DNA of 64,000 nucleotides from Gordius albopunctatus (Eukaryota). Shown one piece after another: positions 1-21,058 of this stretch. Where the stretch lies: positions 20,832,001-20,896,000 of the forward strand of contig OZ193909.1 of assembly GCA_964276515.1 (NCBI GenBank), read 5' to 3'. The notes under the pieces are model-generated. The model did no database searches and was not told the origin of the DNA. It saw only the letters and a list, made by a program, of their open reading frames with translations. A program made the translations under genes and the position numbers. Numbering within the stretch: position 1 is the first letter of the stretch; each line of letters opens with the position of its first letter.

Positions 1-1941
1 TTTATCAAACATTTTTTTGAAATGGCCCCTGGATACAACACCGATGGAAGGGGGGGGGGCTATGGCTGCTAATTCCTTATTAATGAGTTAGTGTGGGTGG
101 ATGGTTATTACCCTATTTACAGCATGCTCACTAATCAATATTCATGATGGGAACGAAGAATACCGAGATCGATATCCTCCCTCCTCACCTTTCATTATTT
201 AATCAATCTATTTATGTCACCTTGAAAACACTGAGCCCACTATTCTACTACACGTCGCATCACATATTATTTTATTGTCTTCTAGTCTCTGTTTCCGGCT
301 GGCAGATAATCGATATTTTGTAACTAAAAATAGGATTGCTTTAGCAGGAGGAGCAATCGGCGAGCGAGAAATTTTGTAACCTCGCTCGCTCGCTCGCGCT
401 GCTCTTCTCTCCTCTTGAATGCGCATCCACGTGGCGCGCTATAAGATGTGTAATGTATGTGATTCTTTCTAACACACAACATAATAAGCCTAATAGGGTA
501 ATCATGATGGGCGGCTGCCCCCCCCCTCTAAATCCTTAAATTTGTTCAAAATTAATTATTAAAATTGTGGATAAAATTTCAAAAAATTATCATTACGCCC
601 TGTCTAATTGAATCATCCATTTTTTGTTTGCTAATTTTTCCTAGTATGGATAGTTTTGGATTAAAAGTGAAAATAACATTAACCAACATTTTATTTTTTT
701 GTGGCAAAAGGGGATGTCGTTGCTTTTGGAGGTAGCCAGCAGGAGTGAATTTAGAGGGTGGGGGAAAAAATAATGATTTAGGAGGGTCAAAATTATAATT
801 TTTAGCGATAAAAAGATGAAATATTAAAAACCCCCTGCCTTTTCGTTTATCCGACGCGAGCTCTGAAAAATGTTTGAATTATAGGATGATGAGATTTACA
901 TATTTATAAAGGGTAAAGTTGTTTTTGTGTTTACTAAAAAGTAAAAACATCGAGGATTGTGAACGAACCCCCTTCGCTTACCAAGGTTAAATTTTGTTTT
1001 GAGAGGGGATGGTGTTGTTAGTTAAATGAAATGATAGATCGCTCCTCCTCCCCCCCACCAAAAAGTTGGGTTTTTATATTCCCTCTCGTCTCGGCCCCCA
1101 AGTCTAATTTGGGCAAAGTAGTAGTAATAGTAGTAGTAGGTAATGTTGGTGTAGGAGTCGTATCATAAGGTAGCGATGGAGACGAAATATAATCACAAGA
1201 CCCCCCCCCCCCCGCCCTGCTGCCTCAGGAGGCCATCTTGGTTTTTCTTTCTTTCTCTCTATAATATTCTATATACATCTCTCTTAAATTGTACCACACA
1301 AAACCACCTACACGAAGAAATAATATTTATAGAAAGTTCTATAAGCACACAAAGCTACAAGTAAACTGCGTTCTACGAAAAGTTTATAACACATCCATCC
1401 ATTAATCCCCCATAACCTGTATCTACTGCTACTTAAAATTAATTGCTACGACACAACAATTTTGCCCCCCCCCCTCGCTCCCCCTTATTCTCCAAGTATC
1501 ATGATCGATGTGCGCCACAGGCAAAAATCGATATACCATTGAAATGCGCGTTATTATCTTGCCCACCCCCAGGGGGAAGAGCTAGGGCTCGGGTTCATTT
1601 TGACACGACAGGTCTACATTGAAGCCAGCCAGCCAGCCAGCCTTAGGGGGGCAATCAAACAAAAAATCCTTTAGGAGAACTCGAGAAAGCCAGGGGGAAA
1701 AAGGGAGAAAATCATTTTGATCCCGTGCCATTCTCTCCTTCATCAAGGATTTTTCCCTCCGCTCGCCGAACCAGACCTTTCTCTTACAAATCCATCATCT
1801 CGACCTCTAGGCAGTAGTTTACCACTGCTAAAGTTTCCTTGGTGTGAAAGCCGCAAACAAAACAACTAACGCTATTTTACACTTTTTTTGTGGGTTTTTT
1901 TGAACAAGGCCCGACTATTATTCGCTATTCCTTGCTAGGAT

Positions 1942-9344
<7,403 letters not shown>

Positions 9345-11009
9345 AATACTTCTCCACCCCTCTCGCCACCACCAGCACCCTCAGACGCGACCCCGCCCGG
9401 TTCAGTCAGTATTCATTTCAAACACATACCTCTACCACTTTGTGCACATAAAAAAGCAATGTCACAGCAGGGTAGACTTGCATTATTTGAAATGCATCGC
9501 AACAACATAAGAAGTAAGGTGAGTCAGATTTGCCTTACATCGCAACTTCCCTTTCTATTTTCCATGACTGACTCTACATCGCATCACGCCTGCCCCGGGC
9601 ATTATGACATTTATACGACAAAGCGTTTTTTTGTATTATTTTATGAAAAATGAATTGTTTGAAAAGTGCTACCCTGCCCCCCAAAAGCACGCACCAGCAG
9701 TAACTACTCACGAATCGAGTTTATTTGTACATAACACATCAGTCTTATAGATATATATATATACATACATGTACGTGTCATTGTGTTTTGTCAACCTCAC
9801 CAGCCCCAATCTTGTGCACCCTCCTGCGCCATAGTTTGGCAAACCTTTAAAAGGTGCGACGCGCGGCAAGGAGTTGAGTATTTTGCAATTTTTCCCCTCG
9901 TTACTTTTTATATCGCATAACTCATTGAAATGTGTCCTTGCAGTTTCGGGTTAACAACCCACAAACTCGGCCATATTATTACGTTTGATTTCGTCTCTTC
10001 CCAAGCACCACCACGGTTGTATTATTTATTTATACAAATCTTTACATATTATATATAAGAAGCATTCATTAATTTTCACATGTCGCTGAAATTGATGAAC
10101 ATATAATACTTTTAAAATTAACTTTACATCATATACATAGTATACAAAGATGATATACATACATAAATAGACGTGGTTATAAAATTTAATAACGGTAATA
10201 AATGTTAATTTCCATAGTTTATATGTACTCCCTAAACTCAAAAGGCTTACAAAACAGTATCCCTCAATCGGACCAATAAGACAAAGAATTTTAAGCTGAA
10301 CAACATTATCTTTTTACTTTTTCTCCAAGTCGTCCAGATTTTGAGATAAACAAGTTAAAGCTGTAAAAAATGGCCTCTAACATATTCCTACGCCGTAATT
10401 AATTTTTGTTCAATAAGGCCATCTTTTATTTGTCTCCGCCCCCCCCGCTATGTTCGAATAAAGGGAATACCATCATAGCTTAGAATATAGAAACTCTTCC
10501 CACGTGCTGCTCAGCTAGATAAGAGGGCGTGCGTGAGTGGGAGAGAGTAACGAGTGATTAAATTGATTACCCGAAAACAAATTTATATAAAATTTTACAT
10601 ATAATAATATTTACTAAATAGCCTAAGTTTGAAATGTTGCTTGCATCAACAATAATATTACATTAAATAAAATTTATTAGTAACAATGAAAAGGAAAATA
10701 GGTGTAAAGATATAATAAATATTTAAAACAAAAACGTTGAGCACTATAGTAGTAAATAGTTTGGTGTAATTAATGGAATTTTTTGACTAGATTTTTTGTG
10801 TACACGTGTGTATCACGCCTAACATTAACGAGTTGGATTATGTGATGTGGGCTAATAATAATTGTAACAACGATCAGGCATAGGTGGTAGGAGGAGGTTT
10901 GTAAAACTACTTGAAACTAAAGACATTGGGGGGGGGGATCATGAAACGAATTTGGAATATGTGTTGGAAATGAGGAAATGATGACTAGGAGATTTCATGT
11001 TGTGACACA

Positions 11010-14000
11010 TCAGGATGAGTCGGTTGGTTGCCATTTATAAGTACCAGAAAAAAGGAATCCATGCTTTCGAGCCACCTCGTCGGATTCTTTCGGGCCCCGA
11101 CTGTAACGTTGACAAACAAGGATAATTTTACTTCATTTAATGCATGAATATAAGAGTGTTGCTAAGACTAAATTTGGACTAAGCCTAGAGGTCCACTAAG
11201 TCAAAGGGGCAAAAATCTTGGGTCGGGTTAGTCGACTAAAAGGGTGGGTCAAGCAAACAACCCCCCAACCCAGTTTTTACAACACTAGGCTTGATACTTT
11301 TAGCATTCTATAGTGCATTTGAGGAGGAGCATACCTGCCGAAAGGGTAAGGTATCGGCTTAATTTTATTCCTCTCTATATAGTTGAGGAGGGGCGTGAAT
11401 ATTCTCCAAGCCTGCTCCAACTCATCCGTACGCACGAAATTCATTTGGCTACCCGCGAACGCGTCCAATATTAGCCTCTCGTAAGCGTCTGGCATTTGAG
11501 AATCCTAACGTAAAATTAAGGATTTAAAAGACTGCTCAACAATAAAAAACCTTGTAACGCTTGCTGAACGTCAAATTGAGTTCCGTTTCAACTAGATGGC
11601 ACGCCATGCCAGGCTCTTTCGTCATCATTTTCATGTAGATAGCTTCGCCCGGCTGTACCCTTATCACGAGCTCGTTCCTTTTCAAGGCGCCCGCGGGAAA
11701 TATGTCACCGGCCACGTCTTTAAATTGCATCCTTATGTAAGTCGTCCTCTCGTCGAGCGCTAACGTAAAGGTAAAATATTTCGCTGCTTAAATCGTCGGT
11801 AAAACGCGCCCGAGTCTGATTTTGGCCCTTTGAGCGTCCATAAACCAAACAGAGTTTGCCCCAAAATGGATGGGCGTAGCCGGGGGGGGGTCCTCAAAAA
11901 TGGATAGAATTATAGCTAAAATTTCAAAAAAGTATCATCCTTCCCCAAAAATCATTATTGCCCCCACCCTAATTTCAATACTGGCTACGGCCATCACTAT
12001 TCATCTTTCATACACGCACACCATTCATAATTTACAATGCGACATTATGCAAGAAAATTACATTAGATTGATTTGAGTATCATAGACAGCGAAGTATCCC
12101 ACGTGACATACGTATCTTTCTTATTTGATGTTTAATATGAAAAACTCATTCATAAATTTCCACCTTTTCCACACTTCAGTATGAAGGGCACCCCGTCCCA
12201 TCTCTCGTTCTCCACGTAAAGAATGGCAGATGCGAAGGTGGGTGTTATAGAATCCTTGGGTACTTTATCGTCATCCAAGTAACCAGTTGCCGCTTCTTTG
12301 CTGGCAGCTTGTGGATTGGCCACATATTGCCCCAGGACTATACTGTCAGGATGGATACCTTTCACCGATTTCAAAACCCGCACCTAAAGAGGCAAAGTTG
12401 CAAATATTAGTGTCGTGAAATAAAATTGGCTGGGTTGGGTGCAATATAAATAATCAGGCCAAAGGTTTTTGGTGTCTGTTTGTCTTAGTGGAAATGTGAT
12501 CGAGCGTCAGTGTTTGTTGAAGTGAAACCCAAGCGTCTTTACAACAGCCTCTAGTAAATGTAATATAAATTGCTTCACATTAATCTCCCAAGTGCGTTCC
12601 CCTCACCTTTTCGCTTCGCAAATCGTCGGCAGAGAGGGAAACGGGGCAATCCATAGCAACGAGGCACATGATTTGTAACAAGTGATTTTGCATTACGTCC
12701 CTGTTCATATTTGCAAAAAAGTATATTGCATGGCATTACACTTACAAGCATGGATGTTATAATTAAAATAATCTGATTAACCAGAAGCACCCGGTTTTTA
12801 TTAAGCATACAATTGGGGGTTAGGCCCCGAAAGACCTATCCTATACGAAAACTGCTTAAAAAGCCATAACTGTTTTTTGTACTATTTTTAAAGTGACAAA
12901 TATATTTATTTCAATATTTGAGGGATGTATTTCAAACGTAAACTTTTTGCGACAACAATATTTTCAATAAAATATAAAAATCAAAATTAATTAAAATATG
13001 TAATTAGCATTAAAATCATCTTCCTCGTAGAAAGTTACTCCTTAGAGGAATCCTTTTTATATTAAATCGATTTTTTAAACTTTCAAATACATCATTTTTT
13101 GGGTTGCGTACAATATTTTAATATAAAAACGGGCGTCTTCTATTACATTTAAAAACAGCGGTAGCCGCCTATGTGTTAACCACCGTGAGTAGCAAGGAGT
13201 AACATATGGAGGATATAAGGGGAAAACAGATTCAAGTCAAGAACCCATAGATTTGCCCGAAACAGCGTCTTTCTATTGTTTTTACGAATAAAAAGTGGAT
13301 GTAACTGCTTTCATGACAATGATCATGATAATTAAATACATTTAATGGTGGCAATCATTGCATAGACGAGAGAACCGCAAAGTCACTCTTTTTTAAACCC
13401 GACTTCAACCCGACCCGTGCAGGTCTCAAACATAGACCAAAGTATTTGATGCAATTTTAAGGGTAAAACTTTGTGCAATCTATTACCTGATAATTCCAAA
13501 TTGATCGAAATATCCACCCCTTCCCTCGGTGCCAATATTTTCTTTGAAAGTTATCATGACGGAAGACACGTTTTCTCTGCCCCACAACGGTCTAAATATC
13601 CGATTCCCGAACCTGTTGTCACAAACACAATTAAATACCAGGAGCATAAAGATGAGTTTGCAACTTTTGGAAAATTCAAAATGGCGCCCAACCTGAGGAT
13701 CAACAAATTTTGTACCATCTCCTTGCCTAGGTAATGATCGATACGATAAAGCTGAGGCTCGGAGAAAAGTTTAGACAGACGGCGGGCCAATTCGTTCGAA
13801 CTTTCCAGATCTCTACCAAATGGTTTTTCTATGATAACTCTATTCCAACCCCTGAGTACGCATAAACGGGTAATGTATTATGTATGATCAACGAAACTTT
13901 ACTTTTTGCCTAAAAATGAAATATGTCTGTCTGTCAAACTCCTTAACCCAAAATCAAATTTTTAGCTCTACTAAAGTTGCTGCTGCTCCTCCCCCTGCTT

Positions 14001-16426
14001 CAGACTAGGATTGTAAGACAAGACCAAAGGTTTGTGCACCATTTCTTAGTCGACTTCTAGCCTTAGTCCTAATTTGATAAAGAGGCCACAGAATTTCCAT
14101 CTGTTTTGTTGAGTCGGCCGTTCAACAACCCTACTCTGTCTGTCTGTCTGTCTGTCTATACCCTTACAATTCTAAAATTTCAGAGTAACTGCAAAATAAA
14201 ACTAAATTTCACTTAAATTCTGGCTTAATTCTATTTGTCTTTACGAGCGGTTTAGTTAGACGAGTTGGTATAAAGAAAAATAGGGGAGGGGGAGCTGACT
14301 TATTGAAAATTGGAACGCCCTTTCTTTCCTACTTTTAACTTTAACTTTATTATTATTATTATTATATCAAAATACAATTTAAAGTCGTTTACAGATTCAG
14401 GCAGGGCCACTATTGGAGCACCATCTAGACCATTTTCTCTTAGAACATCATTAAAGCATTTTCTTTTAAAGGGTTTACCGATCATCCTCACACATTAATT
14501 AGATGGTCGAATTACTCGATTTTTACGAAATAAAAACATGGAAAGGAACAAAAAGCCCAAGAAGAACATCAGCTGAAAACGGTGGTGTTGAAGGAAGTGA
14601 TGATTTACTCTTGAGTAAGGCAATGGTGGTGTATCATAGTAGTGACGTCGGTGAATACGTTGGGCGGTAGGGCGAGGTAGAATATATGATTGACCCTGGC
14701 GCCCAGCCCCGCCCCATCTCCCCCACCCTCGTCGCCAGACCCGTCGTCGCCCGGAGCCAAGCAATCCAAAGCCTTGATTTCGAAACAATGTTTATGCCTA
14801 TCGCCACCGCCCCCATTCCCATCTTGAGAGGAAGCTGCTGGTTCTATATTAATCCCATATCTATGATCTCTCCGACAACGAGCGCTACACGATATTTTAG
14901 ACCTGATCTGTTCGGCGTACGATTTCATTTCCGATGCCAGGGTTTGGAAATGACCGGGATTGTCGTAGCCACCTCGCACGTAAAAATTGCGGTCTACGAA
15001 ATCTTGAAAAGCCTCTTGGTCACTGTCGGGCTTCATCTAAGGAAAGAGAAACAAATAGAATGAGGAGAAGCATGGGCTTAGCTTTAAAATCGGACTGTCC
15101 CACCTGTAATCTTGATTGTGGGCCGGCCCATCGGGTAGTGTTGATATACGTTGGGTTTAACTAAGACTAACGGTCAACTCTGGTTCCCTTTCAATCAAAT
15201 TTCGATGAAGCCAGCCAGTGGTCGACTAAGAAAAATAGACACCATGCAATCTTTGCTCTCTCTCTGCTGCTAGTGTTTAGTCGACTAAACACAACCCCCA
15301 GCCGCTTTTACAACACTACCCCATGAGGCAGGCCTTCGCCAAAGATCGCAAGTCAAAAAATTCATACATGTAATGAATCGTTTCCTTAATTTTGTATTAG
15401 GGCAGACAAAAAACATTTGTAACGTATATGAGCAGCCTATAAATATAGTAACTACATTTTGTGTTAAATTAATATTCAAATTTTTTAGATGTTATACAAA
15501 TTAATCCAAAAAAGGAAATGGTTTAACCTAATCTTAAAAAAGATCCATAATATGGAAACAATATTTGAGGAAAAAGTAAACAAAATACAAATCATTTCTA
15601 ATTTAAAAGCAAAAATCTTGTTTTTCACATCACCAAACTCAATAACAATGCTTGACTTTTGAACAAATAAGCTAGATATTTTGACGTTCATCGAGTCTCT
15701 AAAAAAGGCCACATGATAAAATTTTAAAATCAATTTTCCCTAAGAATTATAATTGGCAATTAAAATTAACTTTTCCTTTAAGTAAAACCCATATTTTAAG
15801 ATAATATATTGAAAACCATGTAAATTAATAACTATATAATAGTAAGGATTTATAGAAATTTGATTGCTTGTTTAACAATAACATAAATAAAATATTTTGA
15901 ATTATTAATCTTGGGAAAATATTTAAATTAGTTATTCTAACTCCTAAGGTCCTTCAATGGTAATGAAAAAAATAACTAAATAAAAATGTCCAACACTAAA
16001 GTTTGCAATATACTTAAAAATTATTTACATAAAAATTTTATTAAAATGTAAAATCTAAAATAAAATGAAGCAAACCTTCATGTGTGGCTTTGCATGCTCT
16101 ATAATATCATTAACCGTAAGTTTACTTCTTGCATAACCAACAAAATAAATGTATGGAGGCAGAAGTTTATGCTCAAATAGATACCTGTTTTGATATATTC
16201 AAAAAATTTTAAAAAATCAATATTAAAAACTGATAATATTTAATAATATTTATACAATACCATAATGTAGGATATATTTTCTTTTTTGCCAAATCCCCCT
16301 ATACAAATATAATTAATATAAAAATGCTAATATATAATTTAATTTGCATATATAATAAAAATCAACATTTACCGAGGCTCCAAAGATAACAAAAAAATTT
16401 ATGGCTTTATCCAATTCACTGGTCAT
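11010..16426 (-). CDS. G6PD: Glucose-6-phosphate 1-dehydrogenase, 11 coding exons
   Basis: Exons (minus): 16426-16373, 16298-16261, 16184-16076, 15036-14609, 13851-13693, 13612-13487, 12700-12607, 12383-12164, 11759-11551, 11504-11335, 11100-11010. Motifs [55 protein letters not shown]. An in-frame TAA lies two codons upstream of the ATG. Confidence 0.97.
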
Positions 16427-17009
16427 GTTTTAATTTGAAGGTGATTTCACACCTGATTTGAATTCAGAGATAAGGTGTTATTGGTTACAAAATATTTATT
16501 ATTACGAAATTCATTTAACATATTTTTTTATTTGTTTAACAATTTTCTTGATTTATTAGGCTTTATTTTATTATTGCAGATATCTTGTAACAATGGTGTT
16601 CCTTTCTTATAGCGTATATATTAGCAATAAAGATTTCTAAGGAAACTTAGCAATAATAGTGTTTTAATAACTACTTAACATTCGCTGTTGTAGTTAATTG
16701 TAATACATATACTTATTGGGAGGGGATGTACTCTTTATTAAAGGTAAATATATAAAGTGCGTAAGTATGTGGTAAAGAAGTGTTTTACACGTCTTTATAT
16801 AATCGCGAATTAATTGAAATACATTAAAACAATTAAAATTTAGTGGTGAATCCGCGAGCTATATGTAATTGGTAAATCAACGTCGCGAAGTAGTAAGGTA
16901 ATGTAAATGATAATGGATGCAACATACTATTATCTTTAAAAAATGATTATAATGCTGCAGAGAAAAATAAATTACAGAAGATTAATGCTATATTATTGGA
17001 AAACAACAA

Positions 17010-17270
17010 TACTTCTATAATTCAAAAACTGAACCCTCAAAGATATTCTTTAATTAAAATAATAAAATAACATCTATATGGAAAAACTTTTATAATATTG
17101 TATACGAGCTAAATGAGAAATTAGAATCTGTACAGTGTAATTATTGCGAAGACACATTGAGCCACTTAAGAAAAACAGAAACAACCTTGTAAGGCACAAA
17201 TGTCGCGTTCTAGCTAATCACTTATTGTGCTTCAATAAATGTTAAAAATTATACCAAAAGAGTTTATTTA
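17010..17270 (+). pseudogene. hAT (Hermes/hobo-like) transposase N-terminal BED zinc-finger remnant
   Basis: From 17073: SIWKNF...VQCNYCEDTL..., then a frameshift to NLVRHKC. This is the W-F/CxxC/RHxC BED-finger pattern; stops and frameshifts are present. Confidence 0.55.
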
Positions 17271-18623
17271 AATAAATGTCATAAATTTTCCTACAGGCTG
17301 CATGCGAGCAAAAAAATAAATTGTGCGGGTATGGACCAGGCCGCCTGTGGCGTAGCTAGAATTTTTACTTGGGGAAAGGGACTTAAATTTTACACATGTC
17401 TCTAGGCGAAATTACCCGCTATAAAATAAATTGTTATTTCTATTTAATAATGCGTATAACAACCAAACTATGCAATTAAAAGGATTATATTTAGGCAACC
17501 TAGAGTTATATGGTACTAGATGAACCCGGCAAACGTTGTTAGCCATTTACCCGGGTGTATTAAATTATGTTGGAATTTTAGGGCATATATGATGATAAAG
17601 CGGTTATTGAAGTAAAAATAAAGTTTGATGTCTATATGTTCTACTTCTATTGTTCTATTTCCGTATAATAGATTGAGAATATATCAAATATAATTGGTAA
17701 GTGTTTATTATGCAAAAATTTTAAACAAATATTTAAAGAGGGTCCAAGGCCCACCCAAGAGAGAAAACCTGGCTCCATGGCCCCCCCCCACTTCACCAAG
17801 GGAAAAATCTTTGGCCCCCTGGCCCTTCAGGCAATTTTTTTTTGTAATTGAGAAACAATATCATGATTATAATTATTTGTTTCTGAATAAAACTTTTAAT
17901 TCTGAACTTAATGATGTCCAAAAAACTAAGATATATCAACGTCCGCTTCCCCAAGGGAAAAATCTTTGGCCCCCTGGCCCTTCAAGCAATTTTTTGGTAA
18001 TTTTTTGTAATTGAGAAACAATATCATAATTATAATTATTTGTTTCTGAATAAAACTTTTAATTCTGAACTTAATAATGTCCAAAGAACTGAGATATATC
18101 AACATTTATTGGCACTTTGTCAAAAGTATTTTCATTTTTCTCCTTATTTAACGCGCAAGAAATGATAAAATGAGATTTTTTAATTTATTTAGCCACGCAG
18201 GAGGGGACACGACCGTCCTATAATCAGAATTGATGTGAAAAATAAGCAAAAAAAAAGACTTTGATTTAATGTTTCAAATCGTAAAAAGTTTCCATTTTCC
18301 GCAGCACATGCCTATATTTACCGCACTACACTACCTACACGCATGACGGTCTAGAAAATACTATAAGTGATGATACACTTTTACTAAAGAACTGTATATT
18401 CAAATTTTCAAAGAACACGATAGATACGCAGTACGTCATGTGGTTGCATTTAATTGACATTTTATTAAACGTCAAAACGTATAAAACAAACTCGAAAACT
18501 ACTGGACCGATTTGGCTCGAAGAAATCTTAAAACATGCTCCGGAGCGTCAGAAATAAACTGTGAAATTTTGAGCCAAATAGGTCTGGTAGTTTCCCAAAA
18601 TTGGTGGCGGCATATATACACAC

Positions 18624-20539
18624 TAGAGGTGTGCACGGATCAAATTTTTTTGATCCGATCCGAGGGGTTTTTGAAAAATTAAATATCCATCCGATCCGAG
18701 TTTTTTAAAATCTAAATCCGATCCGAAATTTTTTAATTAAAATTTTACGAACAGAACTTTTTTTTGATGATTAAATTCAAAATACATAAAAATAAGGTAT
18801 AGCAATTTTAATATTGAATAATTCCATGTTATCATATAAAAATAATAAAGAAACTAAATTTTCTGGTTTAATTCGCGTTCTTCTTTCTTCTATTTCTTTC
18901 CGAAGTGATAGAGGTAGCAGGTATAACTAAAACTTTATATGCCAGCTTATAAAGCCTTGGCAGGACTGTTTGATATGATACCAACCTCAGCGAGAGGTTT
19001 GGTAACAAATTTGTCAATTGTATTTTTAGCTGAAGTCTTTGGAATACATTTATGATGTAAAAGATGGGAACTACCTCGAATGGAATTATATGCGTATATA
19101 TGATGGCATTTCTTGCAGATAACATAACCGGTGTATCTATCATTTTCATTTATTTAGAAGGTCAAAGTAACTCCAAATTTGACTTTTTCCGTCTTTTTTT
19201 TTAACTTGTTGAAGCATATTTCTTTTAAATTTTTTTTATTATTTCTTCCATGACGGTTTTTAATATGATAAACAATATTGTTGTATTTGCTAGCTGTTAC
19301 GAATCCCAATGATTATTTCCAACACCCCCCCCCATTATTTTTTCCCCTCAAGTCAGCATTACTCACACCATCTCATCAACGACAATACCCCTAGACCATG
19401 GAGATTGCTTCTAAGAAGGCAAGCTACATCATTCATGATTACCCCGGGAATCAAGAGGGAAAGGAGCTATATGTGTGTGCTTTGAGGAAAGGGGAGATGC
19501 TGATTGATGATTTTCGGAGTTGAGTTGAGATAGAAAGAGATGCGTGTGCTAAAAAGGAAACGGGAGATGCTGATTTATCATTCACACTAGCTCCTTTCTC
19601 GCCAAACAACAAAGTCTAGCTAGGGGAAAACGCTAGGGAAATACTGATAAACATATTATGGTAAGTAAGGTGAGAGGTGGTATTGGGCATCAAAAATAGT
19701 AAAGTAAAAAAAGAATGCAAAGCCCGAACGTAGACATTTATGCAAGGCACCCCCTACACTGCCTTTACAATAAAATTAAATACACAAGGCACGAAAAGGT
19801 GAATTACCTCATCCAAGCCGCTTTTAAAAAAGCCAACATTCCCTCCGTTTTAGAGCCGTCAGACTCTTCGTTAGAGGGAAGGATGCGACCAGACGGCTCT
19901 ACTCTCATCCCTTGGCAAAATGGTGTATTCCTTAAATGGGATTTCACCTGCATACACATTTCCGCCCTCTCTAACCAGAACTACAAGGCTCTGACCCTCA
20001 CCGAACACCGCAAAATACCAGGACCCCCTACCCTCTAATATCTTTACCCCTATCGTTACCTCATGTTCTGGGATTTTTGGTCCTGCCGCCATCAAGCTTT
20101 TTAAAGATATCAGCCATCGCTGTCCGCCCTCTAAATTTTCCACAAATTTTTTACTTAAACAAAAAATTGGTATCTTAATAGCAAAGTACAATTTTAAATC
20201 CCTGGCCGACAGCTGGCCACTTTTATTAGATGATACATGCGACGCTTTTTAATTATATATATTTTTTTATTTTGTTTTATTCCCGTTCTTATATTTTTTG
20301 AATTTTAACACTTTGTTTTTTATAACGTTCTTACATTTAAATAAACAATACATGCATTAAAATAAAATAATTATGAAAAGGTATACTAAAAATTATTAAT
20401 TTTATTAATTAGAACTTATTATTGTTTATTTCCGATCCGACTAAAATAAAATGTTGATCCGATCTGATCCGACTTCCAAAATTCAAATGTTGATCCGATC
20501 CGAGTTCGGACGGATCGGATTGATCCGTGCACACCTCTG
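18624..20539 (-). mobile_element. Deleted hAT DNA transposon nested in the Helitron
   Basis: 20-bp TIRs (T/C)AGAGGTGTGCACGGATCAA, GATCC subterminal repeats and an 8-bp TSD ATACACAC (18616-18623, 20540-20547). Minus-strand remnant LPRLYKLAYKVLVIPATSITSER is the hAT C-terminal dimerisation motif. Confidence 0.9.
19725..20370 (+). mobile_element. 3' fragment of CRE-type non-LTR retrotransposon (RLE domain) inside the hAT element
   Basis: HPLHC...RHEKVN...LEP...RPDGSTLIPW...WDFTC is the zinc knuckle plus PD-(D/E)xK-type restriction-like endonuclease; AT-rich 3' UTR with AATAAA. Confidence 0.85.
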
Positions 20540-21058
20540 ATACACACATACATAGTTTCATTTTTATATATAAGATATAGTGAGTTTGTACAAATAAACG
20601 CAATGAAACCGGTATATTGACTCCGTAATGCGCCCGCCATCCCTCCTCTCCACCCACCGTCCTTCTATTGGAAGATGTGGAAAAACATAATTTAGACGAT
20701 TTATTTTCATCGTTTATGTGAGTGTCTCCAAAATATAAATTTAAAATTATAAGATCCTGACTCGAAATTAGAAGATGTTATAAAATACAAAACTAACGAA
20801 TGTACATATAGCAAAACAACGTTTGCCGGGTGTAAAATGATCAATGACTGCCCAATCCCAAATAATATACCATACATATTTATTGAAGTTGTTGTTTGAA
20901 GCTGATGACCTTAAAAATCATTGCTTGTCTATTTTCATTACGTGTCAATAAATAATAAAGCGGAAATTTTAAAAGATTAACTAATTTAATAATTAATAAA
21001 TATAATTATTATTTTCTAAGATAAAATCTATTAATAATTGGTTGGGATACCAAAGGGG

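Larger units (their letters stand above)
17516..20575 (-). mobile_element. Non-autonomous Helitron hosting nested elements
   Basis: On the minus strand it starts TCTTATATATAAAAATG after an A and ends AACAACGTTTGCCGGGTTCATCTAG before a T (A|T insertion, no TSD). It contains a ~190-bp direct duplication (about 17795-18100). Confidence 0.7.

Noticed and set aside
1..1900. Short ORFs and poly-C/G runs upstream of PKA
   Set aside because: Low-complexity translations with no recognisable motifs; likely promoter, UTR and MITE-derived sequence.
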